Origin: Candidatus Latescibacterota bacterium
GTDB taxonomy: Bacteria; Latescibacterota; UBA2968; UBA8231
Length of the DNA: 64,000 nt
Reading direction: 5' to 3'
NCBI GenBank assembly: GCA_965243025.1
Contig: CBDETY010000003.1
Span: 2,080,001 to 2,144,000 of the forward strand
The translations under genes were made by a program, and so were the position numbers. Numbering within the stretch: position 1 is the stretch's first letter; every line of letters begins with the position of its first letter. Shown piece by piece: positions 18,618 to 28,194 of this stretch. The notes below the pieces were generated by a model. The model searched no databases and was not told the origin of the DNA. It saw nothing but the letters and a program-made list of their open reading frames with translations.

Positions 18618-20360
18618 TCACTGGAGCTCTTCCGCGGGCTCGGCCCTGTCGGCGACTCGCACGACCGCATCGAGCTTCTCGCCGATCTCGGGGTCGATCT
18701 CCCCGGCAGGGACATGCTCGGCCAGCTCGTAGAAGTTCTTCTTCGCCATCAGGTTCGGCAGGCCGAGCTTCCCGAAGTAGGCCTCGAACACAGGCACCAG
18801 GAAATCGTCGCTGGCCTTGATGCCCTGGTCCCACGGAGACCCTTTTCCGAGCGTCTTCAGCGCCGATTCGACCTCAGAGATCGCCTCCCGCATCGCCGTC
18901 ATGCGCCTGCGGGCTTCGGCCTTGGTGAACAGCGGTCCTGGCACGGCTTTCTCCGCCGACGCCGCGGCGTACGCCTCGAGGGTGGCAGGGGAACAGAGGT
19001 AGTTCTCGATCTCCCGGCGTTTCCAGACCATGCACCGGACGGGGGAAAGATCCGGTGGATCCGATTCGAACCGATCAAAAAGAGCAACCCCGCGCAGCTC
19101 GGGCAGAGCCTCCTTCAGACCGTGAAAATTGTCTCGAACCGCCCGGGGCTGATTGCCCACATACTCCACGAAGGGCCGATCGAGAGCCTTGACCGCGGCC
19201 TCGTGCTCCAGCCGCCTGGCAAAAGCCTGCAGAATCGAAAGGTCCGTCGAGCCCTCCAGATAGAGCACCCAGCCGGTCTGCTCCGCCTGGTAGTATTTTT
19301 CGAATCCGATCTCCCTGAGCGCCTTCTGAACCTGGCTTCCGCGGTCGTCGATGCGGTGCGGCTTGCCGACGAAGGCAACCACCAGATCCCGGCCGCCAGC
19401 CTCGTTGAGCAGCACCTCGGAATGGCTGGCAGCAATGATCTGACTCCCGCTTTCCCGAGCCGCCTCGGTGAGCAGGCGGTAGATCTGGCGCTGCCGAAGG
19501 ATTTCAAGGTGAGCGTCCGGTTCGTCGAGAAGCAGGACGGCTCCCGGATTCGCGTACATGTAGGCCAGAAGAAGAAGGGTCTGCTGAAGACCCCGGCCAG
19601 CGGAGGACAGGTCGAGCTCAACCCCTTGCTCGCGGTAGGTCATCGCGATTTCCCCGCGCTCGGCAATGTAGCGGGGAGGACGTATCCCGGAACCGAACAG
19701 CCGTTCGATCTGTTCGACGAGCGTCTTCCACACAGCTTCGTTTTCGCCGTGGACCTGCAAACAGAGATTGCGAAGCACCTCCGCGGTGCGGCCTTCTCCC
19801 ACCCGGACGTTTACGGCCCCTTCATCGAGACGCGTTTCCGTGGCAGCAAGCCCCGACATCGGGGGCAGGAAAGCAATCGGCACCGTACCTGCCTCGCCGG
19901 GGACCAGCATGCGTTCAGGAGTCTTTCCATCGGACAGGCGCAGGGGCCGGCAGTAGAAGGACTCGTCGTTGGCATAGTCGAACTCGAGCCCGCAAGTCCA
20001 GCATTTGTCGTTGGTCACCCCCTCGACGACTATGTCGATACAGATATTGCTGGTGCGCTGGCGGCCATCGACGTTGCGAACATTCCTCACGTGCAGTCCC
20101 CGCCACAGAAGGTTGGCGTCAGGAATGGGAATGGCCACGAGGTCGCGTCGATTCACGGTCACCCCGGGCCGCTTCTCGGGAGCGCTCCTTCCCGACCGCT
20201 TCTCGTTCCAGCGCCGGAGGCCGATGTCCCAGAGGGCGAGCGCCTGCATGGCCGAGGTCTTCCCGGAGTTGTTGGGTCCGATGAAGACCACCGGGCTCCC
20301 GAGCTCGATCTCGACCTCGCCGAAGCGCTTGAAGTTGCGGATGGTGAGTTTGGTCAGCAT
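18618..20360 (-). CDS. ABC-type ATPase with C-terminal TOPRIM-like domain (OLD-family-like ATP-dependent nuclease)
   Basis: IRNFK, Walker A GPNNSGKT, signature SSAGRG, Walker B LLLDEPDAHL, ASHS; C-terminal LYLEGSTD, LFD, REIENYL. Confidence 0.75.
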   Translation of the reverse strand: MLTKLTIRNFKRFGEVEIELGSPVVFIGPNNSGKTSAMQALALWDIGLRRWNEKRSGRSAPEKRPGVTVNRRDLVAIPIPDANLLWRGLHVRNVRNVDGRQRTSNICIDIVVEGVTNDKCWTCGLEFDYANDESFYCRPLRLSDGKTPERMLVPGEAGTVPIAFLPPMSGLAATETRLDEGAVNVRVGEGRTAEVLRNLCLQVHGENEAVWKTLVEQIERLFGSGIRPPRYIAERGEIAMTYREQGVELDLSSAGRGLQQTLLLLAYMYANPGAVLLLDEPDAHLEILRQRQIYRLLTEAARESGSQIIAASHSEVLLNEAGGRDLVVAFVGKPHRIDDRGSQVQKALREIGFEKYYQAEQTGWVLYLEGSTDLSILQAFARRLEHEAAVKALDRPFVEYVGNQPRAVRDNFHGLKEALPELRGVALFDRFESDPPDLSPVRCMVWKRREIENYLCSPATLEAYAAASAEKAVPGPLFTKAEARRRMTAMREAISEVESALKTLGKGSPWDQGIKASDDFLVPVFEAYFGKLGLPNLMAKKNFYELAEHVPAGEIDPEIGEKLDAVVRVADRAEPAEELQ

Positions 20361-20435
20361 CAGGGAGAATCCGGTTCAGTCAGCCGCTCGAGGCAGCGCA
20401 GCACGCCATGGTTCCTGAAAGCCTGTCTTATAGAT

Positions 20436-20684
20436 CTAACAAACATTAACCCAAGGGGGGATGAGATCACTGGCAATAACCCCATCGAAATCAGAAGAAA
20501 CTTCGTCGACCACAAACTTGCCCTTCATGGCGCCGAACCCCCGGATGCCCGGACGGTTTTCGTACCGGACGAGCCGCGCAACAGGTATGCCATTGCGGGC
20601 ATTCACGACCTCTTCACCGGCCTCTGCCCGCGACAAGAAGCGGGAAAGCTGGGTCTTGGCTTCACGGACATTGACATCAGACAT
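20436..20684 (-). CDS. Phd/YefM family antitoxin (no cognate toxin directly downstream; possibly degenerate C terminus)
   Basis: MSDVNVREAKTQLSRFLSRAEAGEEVV.ARNGIPVARLV; AAGGAG RBS before ATG 20684. Confidence 0.8.
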   Translation of the reverse strand: MSDVNVREAKTQLSRFLSRAEAGEEVVNARNGIPVARLVRYENRPGIRGFGAMKGKFVVDEVSSDFDGVIASDLIPPWVNVC

Positions 20685-20727
20685 CTTCGGACTCCTTCTC
20701 ACCACAGCCCAACCCTGGATTTAGAGC

Positions 20728-21141
20728 TCATCTCCCGCCCGGGAAGTCTGCCGGGCTCAAGATCGGGATGTTTTGAAATGGCGACATTGCCTGAAGATCC
20801 TGATCCCCGGTGACGACACATTCAGCCTCTCCCATGAGCGCCGTTTCGAGAAGCTTGTCGTCGTCCGGATCGCGGCATCCCATTTTTGCTCCAACGATCG
20901 ACACCCATTCCGAAACCGGCTCGAGCTGGGCCAGAAAAACCGACCGGTCTTGGCGGCTTATATAGTTGTCGAACTTCGAACGATCGATCCGGGTCTTCAG
21001 CTCGTCGAAGGTCTCCTCGGAGAATAGGAAGACCCCGTTCACCGCTCGTATTGCATCTACGACCGCACGCGGCGATCCATCAGGATTCAGTGCAGCGCTG
21101 ATCAGAACGTCGGTATCGAGAACGACACCATCAGCTTTCAT
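20728..21141 (-). CDS. PIN-domain toxin of a type II TA system
   Basis: VVLDTDVLISA, E in helix, CRDPDDDKLLE.A, VTGDQDL. Confidence 0.9.
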   Translation of the reverse strand: MKADGVVLDTDVLISAALNPDGSPRAVVDAIRAVNGVFLFSEETFDELKTRIDRSKFDNYISRQDRSVFLAQLEPVSEWVSIVGAKMGCRDPDDDKLLETALMGEAECVVTGDQDLQAMSPFQNIPILSPADFPGGR

Positions 21142-21382
21142 CGGCCAGGAGTGCTTCCAGGCGTTCGGCGGTCAAACCCCTGTCTGCGGCCTCGGCCCCC
21201 AGACGGTCCATGGTCGCGGTCAAGCGAGCCCATGCCGCGCCCCGCAGGCGTTCGTACTGTTCCATCGACATCATGACGCCGACGGCCCTGCCTTTCTTCG
21301 TAACGCAGACGGGGGCACTCTGGGCGGCATCCAACAAACGGCCGAACTGGTTTTTTGCCTCTCTGGCAGCGATCTCTTTCAT
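21131..21382 (-). CDS. Phd/YefM family antitoxin
   Basis: MKEIAAREAKNQFGRLLDAAQSAPV.VTKKGR; overlaps the PIN toxin start by 11 bp. Confidence 0.92.
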   Translation of the reverse strand: MKEIAAREAKNQFGRLLDAAQSAPVCVTKKGRAVGVMMSMEQYERLRGAAWARLTATMDRLGAEAADRGLTAERLEALLADES

Positions 21383-21388
21383 GTGCCT

Positions 21389-21402
21389 ATAATAGCTATT
21401 AT
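21389..21402. promoter_or_regulatory. Perfect 14-bp palindrome ATAATAGCTATTAT; probable TA operator overlapping a -10 element
   Basis: Exact palindrome 6 bp upstream of the antitoxin ATG; the minus strand reads CATAAT-AGC-TATTAT-aggcac-ATG. Confidence 0.7.
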
Positions 21403-21581
21403 GACTCCTGGTGAAAAATCCATCTGTTCGAGTGCAGTTTCCCCCGGCCTGAGCTCCTGCCCCCGGACCAATATATTTTCCGTAATCCCAAATGGACTCC
21501 AGGCCATGGACTTACCGATGCCCCTCATGGGCCGCCGGGATTCCCTCAATTTCTCTACCAGTACCTGAAGCCTGACCGGAA

Positions 21582-22490
21582 TTGACCCGCTTCCAGAAAC
21601 TGGCAGTCGCCACCACGACGGCGACCTTCCTCCTGATCGGCCTGGGGGGTTTCGTGCGCGCCGCCGGGGCCGGCCTCGGCTGTCCTGACTGGCCCAAGTG
21701 CTTCGGCCGCTGGATCCCGCCGACCGAGGTGAGCCAGCTGCCCGCCGACATCGACCCGGAGCTGTTCAACTTCCAGCTCGCCTGGATCGAGTACGTCAAC
21801 CGGCTGGTCGGGGTGACCGTCGGCCTGCTCATCCTCGCCACCGCCTGGCTCGCCTGGCGCGACCACCGGGGCGACCCCCCGGTTCTGGTTCCGGCCCTGG
21901 CAGCGGTTCCGCTGGTCGCCTTCCAGGGCTGGTTCGGCGGCCAGGTGGTCGCCCACCAGCTCGACCCCCGGTTCGTCACCGTCCACCTGCTCGTCGCCGT
22001 GGCCATCATCGCGGTGCTGATCGCGGCGGCGGCCAACAGCTTTCCGAAGACCGGCGGGGATGAGACCGCGGACCCGACGCCGCAGTTCCGCCTGGTGCGG
22101 GCCGGCCTCGTTCTCGTGCTCCTGCAGATCTGCCTCGGGGCCCTGGTGCGCGGGAGCATCGACCTGGCGGCCGAGCGCTTCCCGGACCTGGACCGGGGCG
22201 CCCTGCTCGCCGAGGCCGGCTGGCTCGACGGCGCCCACCGCACCCTCGGACTGGCGGTGCTGGGATGCTGCGCCGCCCTTGCCCTTATCGCCGCCAGGGC
22301 TTCCAGCCACCTCCCCGTCTGGCGGCGGCTCGGCATGGCGCCCCTGGCCGTCGCCGCGGTGCAGTTCGCGGCCGGGGCCGGGCTGGCCTGGTTCGCCCTC
22401 CCCCCGGCCCTGCAGGTCGTCCACGTCCTCTTCGCGAGTCTCCTGTTCGGCAGCCTGTTCCTGCTGTCCCTCCGCCTGAGGCCCGGCTGA
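21582..22490 (+). CDS. ctaA: Heme A synthase (COX15/CtaA family)
   Basis: GAGLGCPDWPKC, WIEYVNR, VTVHLL, AHR, VHVLF; multiple TM helices; TTG start. Confidence 0.85.
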   Translation: MTRFQKLAVATTTATFLLIGLGGFVRAAGAGLGCPDWPKCFGRWIPPTEVSQLPADIDPELFNFQLAWIEYVNRLVGVTVGLLILATAWLAWRDHRGDPPVLVPALAAVPLVAFQGWFGGQVVAHQLDPRFVTVHLLVAVAIIAVLIAAAANSFPKTGGDETADPTPQFRLVRAGLVLVLLQICLGALVRGSIDLAAERFPDLDRGALLAEAGWLDGAHRTLGLAVLGCCAALALIAARASSHLPVWRRLGMAPLAVAAVQFAAGAGLAWFALPPALQVVHVLFASLLFGSLFLLSLRLRPG

Positions 22491-22652
22491 AGCCGCTTCC
22501 GCGGCCGGGAAGGTTCTCTTTTCGCCCGGGTGAAGCCGGCGGCGGGAACCTGGGGTTCCCCCGGCTGGTTTCAGAACCGCCGGGAGAAACAAGGTCGGCA
22601 CATACCGCGCGGCTTATATTCTCTGGCACGGGCACGCAAACTGACCACGCTG

Positions 22653-24329
22653 ATGACCTCAACCCACAACGGCAACCTCGTCGACGCCTGGCGGGGGCAG
22701 CCGGCTCCCCTGCTGCCGCTGCTCCACGCCTTCCACGACCGCGACCGGTTCCTCAGCGACGACGCCATCCGGGAAGTGGCCGAGGGCCTGAACATCCCGC
22801 TCGCCGAGCTCTTCGGCACGGTGACCTTCTACCATCACTTCGCCCGCAACCGCCCCGGGCAGTCCGTTCCCCGGGTCTGCACCGGCCCGGTATGCTGTCT
22901 GCGCGGCGCCGGCGGCCTGGTCGAATCCCTCGACGGCGCCACACCCATGCCCTGCTCGGGACGCTGCGACGAGCCGGTCCCGGTGCTCGCCGGCAACCGC
23001 ACCCTGGTGGGGTCCCCCGACGGGACCCTGCGGGAGCTCCCTTCCCCGCTGCCGGCCCCCAACCCGGGGGGCTGCGAGGAGTGCGTCTTCGCCGGCATCC
23101 GCCTTCCCGGCCGCGCCGGCATCGAGGGGTACCGCGCCAGCGGCGGGTACGCAGCGCTCGAGCGCGCCCTCGGGGGCATGCCGCCGGAGGAGCTGCTCGA
23201 CCTGATCGCCGACAGCGGCCTGGCGGGACGGGGCGGCGCCGGGTTCCCGACCGGGCAGAAGTGGCGGGCGGTCGCCGAGGCCCCCGGAAGCCCGAAGACG
23301 GTGGTCTGCAACGCCGACGAGGGGGAACCGGGCTGTTTCAAGGACCGCGCCCTGCTCGACTACGACCCGCATGCCGTCATCGAGGGGATGCTGCTGGCGG
23401 CGTACGCCTCCGGGGCGGAGCGGGGGTTCATCTACCTGCGCTACGAATACCCGGAGACCTTCGAGATCCTCGAGCGCGCCATGGCCGAGGCGGAGGCGGC
23501 CGACCTGCTCGGGACCGACATCCTCGGCAGCGGCTTCGAGTTCCGCCTCTACCTCAGGCGCGGAGCCGGGGCCTACATCTGCGGGGAGGAGGGCTCGCTC
23601 CTCAACAGCCTCGAGGGGCGCCACCCGTTCCCGCGCAACCGCCCCCCCTTCCCGGTCACGCACGGGTACGAAGACCTGCCGACCGTGGTCAACAACGTCG
23701 AGACCCTGGCCTCGGCCCCCCCGGTCGTGCGCAACGGGGCCGCCTGGTACCGGGGGCTCGGCCTCGGGGAGCACGCCGGCACCAAGCTGATCAGCCTCAG
23801 CGGCGACATCGAGCGCCCCGGCAACTACGAAGTTCCGCTCGGCCTGCCCCTGCAGACCCTGCTGCACGACTGGGCCGGCGGCGCTCCGGACGGTCGGTCT
23901 ATCCAGGCGGTGACCATGGCCGGCCTCTCCGGCGGCTTCCTCGCCGGCGGCGACCTCGAAGCCACCCTCGACGAACCGGACATCCGTTCGCGCGGCTCCT
24001 TCCTCGGGGCCGGCGGCATCATGGTGTTCGACGACAGCCGCGACATGGTCGAGGCCGCGCACGGCGCCATGGAGTTCTTCGCCGAGGAATCGTGCGGCAA
24101 GTGCTTCCCCTGCCGCATCGGCACCCAGCGGCTGACCGAGCGCCTCGCCGGGGCCCCGGGGTCGCCGCGCAGACCGGCGGCCTGGCGCCGCGAGGTCGAG
24201 GAGATGGGGGCGGCGATGGCGGCGACGAGCGCCTGCGGTCTGGGGACGGCCGCCCCCAACATCACGCAAAGCCTGATGAAGTACTTTCCCGGAGAAGTGG
24301 AAAGACACGTGCGCGCCTCCGGCGCGTGA
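22653..24329 (+). CDS. NAD-dependent formate dehydrogenase diaphorase (beta) subunit, NuoE-NuoF-like fusion
   Basis: N-terminal [2Fe-2S] ligands CTGPVC...CSGRC; SGLAGRGGAGFPTG, NADEGEPG, YICGEE, ESCGKCFPCRIG...C. Confidence 0.92.
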   Translation: MTSTHNGNLVDAWRGQPAPLLPLLHAFHDRDRFLSDDAIREVAEGLNIPLAELFGTVTFYHHFARNRPGQSVPRVCTGPVCCLRGAGGLVESLDGATPMPCSGRCDEPVPVLAGNRTLVGSPDGTLRELPSPLPAPNPGGCEECVFAGIRLPGRAGIEGYRASGGYAALERALGGMPPEELLDLIADSGLAGRGGAGFPTGQKWRAVAEAPGSPKTVVCNADEGEPGCFKDRALLDYDPHAVIEGMLLAAYASGAERGFIYLRYEYPETFEILERAMAEAEAADLLGTDILGSGFEFRLYLRRGAGAYICGEEGSLLNSLEGRHPFPRNRPPFPVTHGYEDLPTVVNNVETLASAPPVVRNGAAWYRGLGLGEHAGTKLISLSGDIERPGNYEVPLGLPLQTLLHDWAGGAPDGRSIQAVTMAGLSGGFLAGGDLEATLDEPDIRSRGSFLGAGGIMVFDDSRDMVEAAHGAMEFFAEESCGKCFPCRIGTQRLTERLAGAPGSPRRPAAWRREVEEMGAAMAATSACGLGTAAPNITQSLMKYFPGEVERHVRASGA

Positions 24330-24344
24330 CAGGAGCATCCGACC

Positions 24345-27137
24345 ATGACAACGACGACAGTACCTGAAGAAACGAGGGTCGCCGGCAACGGCGCCTCCAG
24401 GGAGAACGGGCGGCCCGCCGCCGCCAGGGCGATCACCATCGACGGCGTCGAGGTCGCCTTCACCGATGGGGAGACCATCTACGAGGCCGCCACCCGCTCG
24501 GGGCACGACATCCCCACCCTCTGCTACGACCCGCGCCTGGAGCCGTTCGGTGCCTGCCGGCTCTGCGTCGTGGAGGTCGAGGGGGCGCGCACTCCGGTCG
24601 CCTCCTGCACCACGAGGGCGGTGGACGGCATGTCGGTGCGCACCTCCACCGAGGAGGTCGAGAAGCACCGCCGCACCCTGCTGGAGATGGTCGCCTCGGA
24701 GAACCGCCAGGTCGACGTCGACCCGCTCACCTCGTACGCCTCCCAGGAGCTCGCCCACCTCGTCGACCGCTACGACGCGCGCGGCGGCCGCTTCGCCGGG
24801 GCCAGGTCGGGCACGAGCAAGGAGGACGACAACCCCTTCCTGCTGCGCGACTACGAGCAGTGCATCTCCTGCTACCGCTGCGTCCGCGTCTGCGCCGAGC
24901 AGGAGGGCGACCACGCCATCAACGTCATGAACCGCGGCTTCCACACGCAGATCACCACCGAGTTCGACGGCCTGCTCAAGGACTCCTCCTGCACCTTCTG
25001 CGGCCAGTGCGTGCAGACCTGCCCGACCGGGGCCCTCGGCGACAGGAAGGCGCTGCGCTCCGCGGAGCTGCCCGGCGAGATCGAGAAGACGCGTTCGGTC
25101 TGTCCGTACTGCGGGGTGGGCTGCTCGGTCGACCTGCTGACCAAGGAGGAGACTCTCGTCGGCATCCACCCGGCCATGGACGGCCCGGCCAACAACGGGG
25201 CGCTGTGCGTCAAGGGGCAGTTCGCCTTCGATTTCGTCCAGCACGGCGACCGCCTCGCCTACCCGATGGTCCGCGGCGAGGACGGCGAGCTGCGCGAGGC
25301 GACCTGGGACGAGGCCCTCGAGCGCGCCGCCGGGGGGTTCCGGCGGGCCGCCGACAAGTACGGCGAGCACAGCGTCTACGGCATCGCCTCGGGGCGGGCG
25401 CCCTCGGAAGCGGCCTACACCATGCAGAAGTTCATCCGCGCGGGGTTCGGCACCAACCAGATAGACAACTGCAGCCGTGCCTGACACGCTCCCACGGTTG
25501 CCGGTCTGGCAGCCACGATAGGGCGCGGCGCCATGTCGAACCCGCTGGCCGACATGGAGAAACCGGACGTGATCTTCTGCATCGGGACCAACATGACCGA
25601 GTGCCACCCGGTGGCGGCGACGGCGATCAAGAAGGCGATCGCCCGGGGGGCCAAGCTCATCGTCGCCGACCCGCGGCGCATTCCCCTGGCCGACATGGCC
25701 GACCTCTACCTGCCGCTGCGCGTCGGCTCCGACGTCGCCCTGCTGGCGGCGATGGCCCACGTCATCGCCCGCGAGGGTCTCGTCAACGAGGAGTTCATCT
25801 CCCGGCGCACCACCGAAAGCGAAGGTTTCCTCGAGCACATCGAGCGCCTGACCCCGGAGTGGGCCGCCGCAATCGCCGAGGTGCCAGCCGCCGACATCGA
25901 GAAGGCGGCGATCTGGTACGGCGGCGCCGACCGCGGGGCCATCTACTACACCCTCGGCATCACCGAGCACATCTGCGGCGTCGACAACGTGCTGTCGCTG
26001 TGCAACCTGGCGCTGATGACGGGCAACGTCGGCCGCGAGGGGACCGGCATCAATCCGATGCGCGGCCAGAACAACATCCAGGGGGCCGGCGACAGCGGCG
26101 CCCTGCCGGACAACTACCCCGGCTTCCAGAAGGTCCTGGACCCGGCCAACCGGGAGAAGTTCAGGAAGCTGTACGGACGCGAGATCGACGGCGAGCGCGG
26201 CATCACCAAGGTCACCGCCCTCGACCGCTGCGGCGACGGCATCCACGCGATGATCATCAACGGCGAGAACACGCTGATTTCAGATCCGGACCGCGCCCAC
26301 TGCCAGCACGCCCTCGAAAGCCTCGACCACCTCGTCGTCATCGACATCTTCCTCACCGAGACCGCCGAGCTCGCCGACGTCGTCTTCCCGGCGACCGCCT
26401 TCGCCGAGACCGACGGCGTCTGCGTCAACACCGAGCGCCGGGTGCAGCGGCTGCGCGCCGCGGTGCCGCCGCCGGGAGAGGCGAAGCCGGACTGGTGGAT
26501 CGTCAGCCGGATCGCCCGGAGAATGGGGATTCCCGGCTTCGATTTCGCCAGCGCCCGCGACGTCTTCGACGAGCTGTGCAGCCTGTCGCCGATCTACGCC
26601 GGCCTCGACTGGGACCGCATCGAGCGCAACGAGTACCAGTGGCCGGTGCCGCACAGGGACCACCCGGGGACGCCGATCCTGCACCAGGAGGAGTTCCCCA
26701 ACGGCCGCGGCATCTTCAGCAAGGTCGACTACCGCGACCCGGCCGAGTCGGTCAGCGCCGAGTTCCCGGTCTGGCTGACCACGGGCCGCCGGCTGCCGGC
26801 CTACCACACCCGCACCCAGACCGGCCGCGCCCGGGGCATCGACTACCTGCTGTCGGAGGAATCCCTGGAGGTGCACCCGGGCGACGTCGCCGCCTGGGGG
26901 CTGACCGAGGGGGGCTGGTGCCGCCTGACCAGCGCCAGGGGCCAGGTCGACATCAAGGTGCGGGCGACGGACCGGTCGCCGCGGGGAACGGTGTTCACGA
27001 GCTTCGGTTTCAGCGAGGTGCCGGTGAACGCCCTGACCGGATCGGGGTACGACCCGGTGACCCACACCGCGGAGCTCAAGGTCTGCCCGGTTCGCGTCGA
27101 ACCGCTGGCGGGCCCCGGGGCGGAAACCGCTTCCTGA
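24345..27137 (+). CDS. fdhF: Selenocysteine-containing formate dehydrogenase alpha subunit (Mo/W-bisPGD), 930 aa with Sec at TGA 25482-25484
   Basis: ORF-track pieces 24345..25484 and 25533..27137 are in one frame separated only by TGA in DNCSRA-U-HAPTVAGL; N-terminal 2Fe-2S and 2x4Fe-4S motifs, CPYCGVGC...LCVKG, RGQNNIQG. Confidence 0.95.
25496..25514 (+). promoter_or_regulatory. Bacterial SECIS element
   Basis: GGTTGCC-GGTCT-GGCAGCC hairpin starting 11 nt after the TGA; closely resembles the E. coli fdhF SECIS in spacing and sequence. Confidence 0.9.
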
Positions 27138-27289
27138 GCCCGGGTCGGCCGGGCTTCCCACGACCGCGGTTGATCGCGGTTATTCGGAAGCAGGCCCTGT
27201 CCGGCCCCGGGCGTCTTCCCTTCGGAAGCCGGTTTCCCCGGGACCGCACCCAAAGGCCGGGCGATGGGCTCGATCCGCCGCCCGGCCGC

Positions 27290-28159
27290 TCATCCCTTCC
27301 AGGTTCGCAGCGCGTCGCGCCACACCTTTTCGATCTCGCCGCGGGCGACGCAGGCGTCCTTCCATACGTCGGGAAAGCACTCGAGGGCATACCCCGAGCC
27401 CTGCGGCCCCAGCTCGACTACCCCGTACAGCTCCGCCCCGCTCTTGGCCCCCTTCAGCCAGGATTCCAGCAAGTGCCTCAGGAAGTGGTCGCGCCACAGG
27501 GCGAAATCCCGGTCGATGCGGCCGCGGCCGTTGGTCACCGGAGTCTGACAGTGGCTGCCGGTGAACGGCCTGAAATGGATGAGCTCCCCCGCCCTCAGCA
27601 GGTCGGGCCGGGCGTTGGTCTTGGGCTCCCAGTAATCGGGGGCCCGCACCTGCTTGATGATTGCGGGATGGGAGTGGTCGAAGTTGATGCGCAGCTTCTC
27701 CTTGTAGCGGCGCTGGTAGGCGTCGGCGAGGGCGAAGGTCTTCTCCGGCGTCTCCGTGCAAGTGTCCCGGTGCACCTCGATGGCCGGCTGCAACCCCAGT
27801 TTCCTGCCCGCATTCATCACCGCCCTCGCGACCGGCACCGAAACCTTGAGCTCGGTGTCGTGATCGCACAGCTGCACGTTGACGTGGTAGGCCCCTACCT
27901 CGGTGAACTCCCTCAGCGTCGGCTCGGCCTGCTCCACCTCGGCGATGTCGACGCCGCCGACATAGACTATTCCGTGCTTTTCGCACGCCTTTGCCAGGTC
28001 GGCATCCGCGCCGTGACTGAAGCCGACGAACCCGGCTTCCTTGGCCCGTCTCACCTTTGTATCCATCGACCAGGGTCTTTTTGCCGACGGGTAGTTCTGC
28101 AGCGTCCAGTTTGAGGCGCACAAGTGCAGCCTGGGCTTCTCGGTTTTTGCTTTGGCCAT
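27290..28159 (-). CDS. Xylose isomerase-like TIM-barrel protein
   Basis: AKEAGFVG, IEVHRDT, NFDHSH, IHFR, VVELGP metal-ligand pattern. Confidence 0.7.
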   Translation of the reverse strand: MAKAKTEKPRLHLCASNWTLQNYPSAKRPWSMDTKVRRAKEAGFVGFSHGADADLAKACEKHGIVYVGGVDIAEVEQAEPTLREFTEVGAYHVNVQLCDHDTELKVSVPVARAVMNAGRKLGLQPAIEVHRDTCTETPEKTFALADAYQRRYKEKLRINFDHSHPAIIKQVRAPDYWEPKTNARPDLLRAGELIHFRPFTGSHCQTPVTNGRGRIDRDFALWRDHFLRHLLESWLKGAKSGAELYGVVELGPQGSGYALECFPDVWKDACVARGEIEKVWRDALRTWKG

Positions 28160-28194
28160 GCGATCTGCTCTCCCGTTCTCGTGGGTTGGAGGTT

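Noticed and set aside
18560-21580. Defined mobile element around the TA/ATPase genes
   Set aside because: No integrase, transposase, tRNA target, terminal repeats or target-site duplication was seen.
22624-22640. Sigma54 promoter (TGGCACG) upstream of the FDH operon
   Set aside because: The GC lies one base too close to the GG and TTGC is missing; sigma54 spacing is strict.
22653-24329. Complex I nuoEF genes
   Set aside because: No other nuo genes; it lies 15 bp from the FDH alpha gene, so it is the FDH diaphorase subunit.
22659-26246. Very long antisense or alternate-frame ORFs (1195 aa here; also 24860-28114, 18504-20813, 4900-7227, 35813-37711)
   Set aside because: They shadow well-supported genes and have no family motifs; this is the expected artefact of stop-codon scarcity at high GC.
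24345-27137. FDH alpha as a split gene or pseudogene
   Set aside because: The only interruption is an in-frame TGA at the catalytic position, followed by a SECIS; this is Sec recoding.
27138-27289. REP-like or CRISPR-like repeats in GC-rich intergenic hairpins
   Set aside because: The hairpins differ in sequence, are not regularly spaced, and I could not find them recurring elsewhere in the window.
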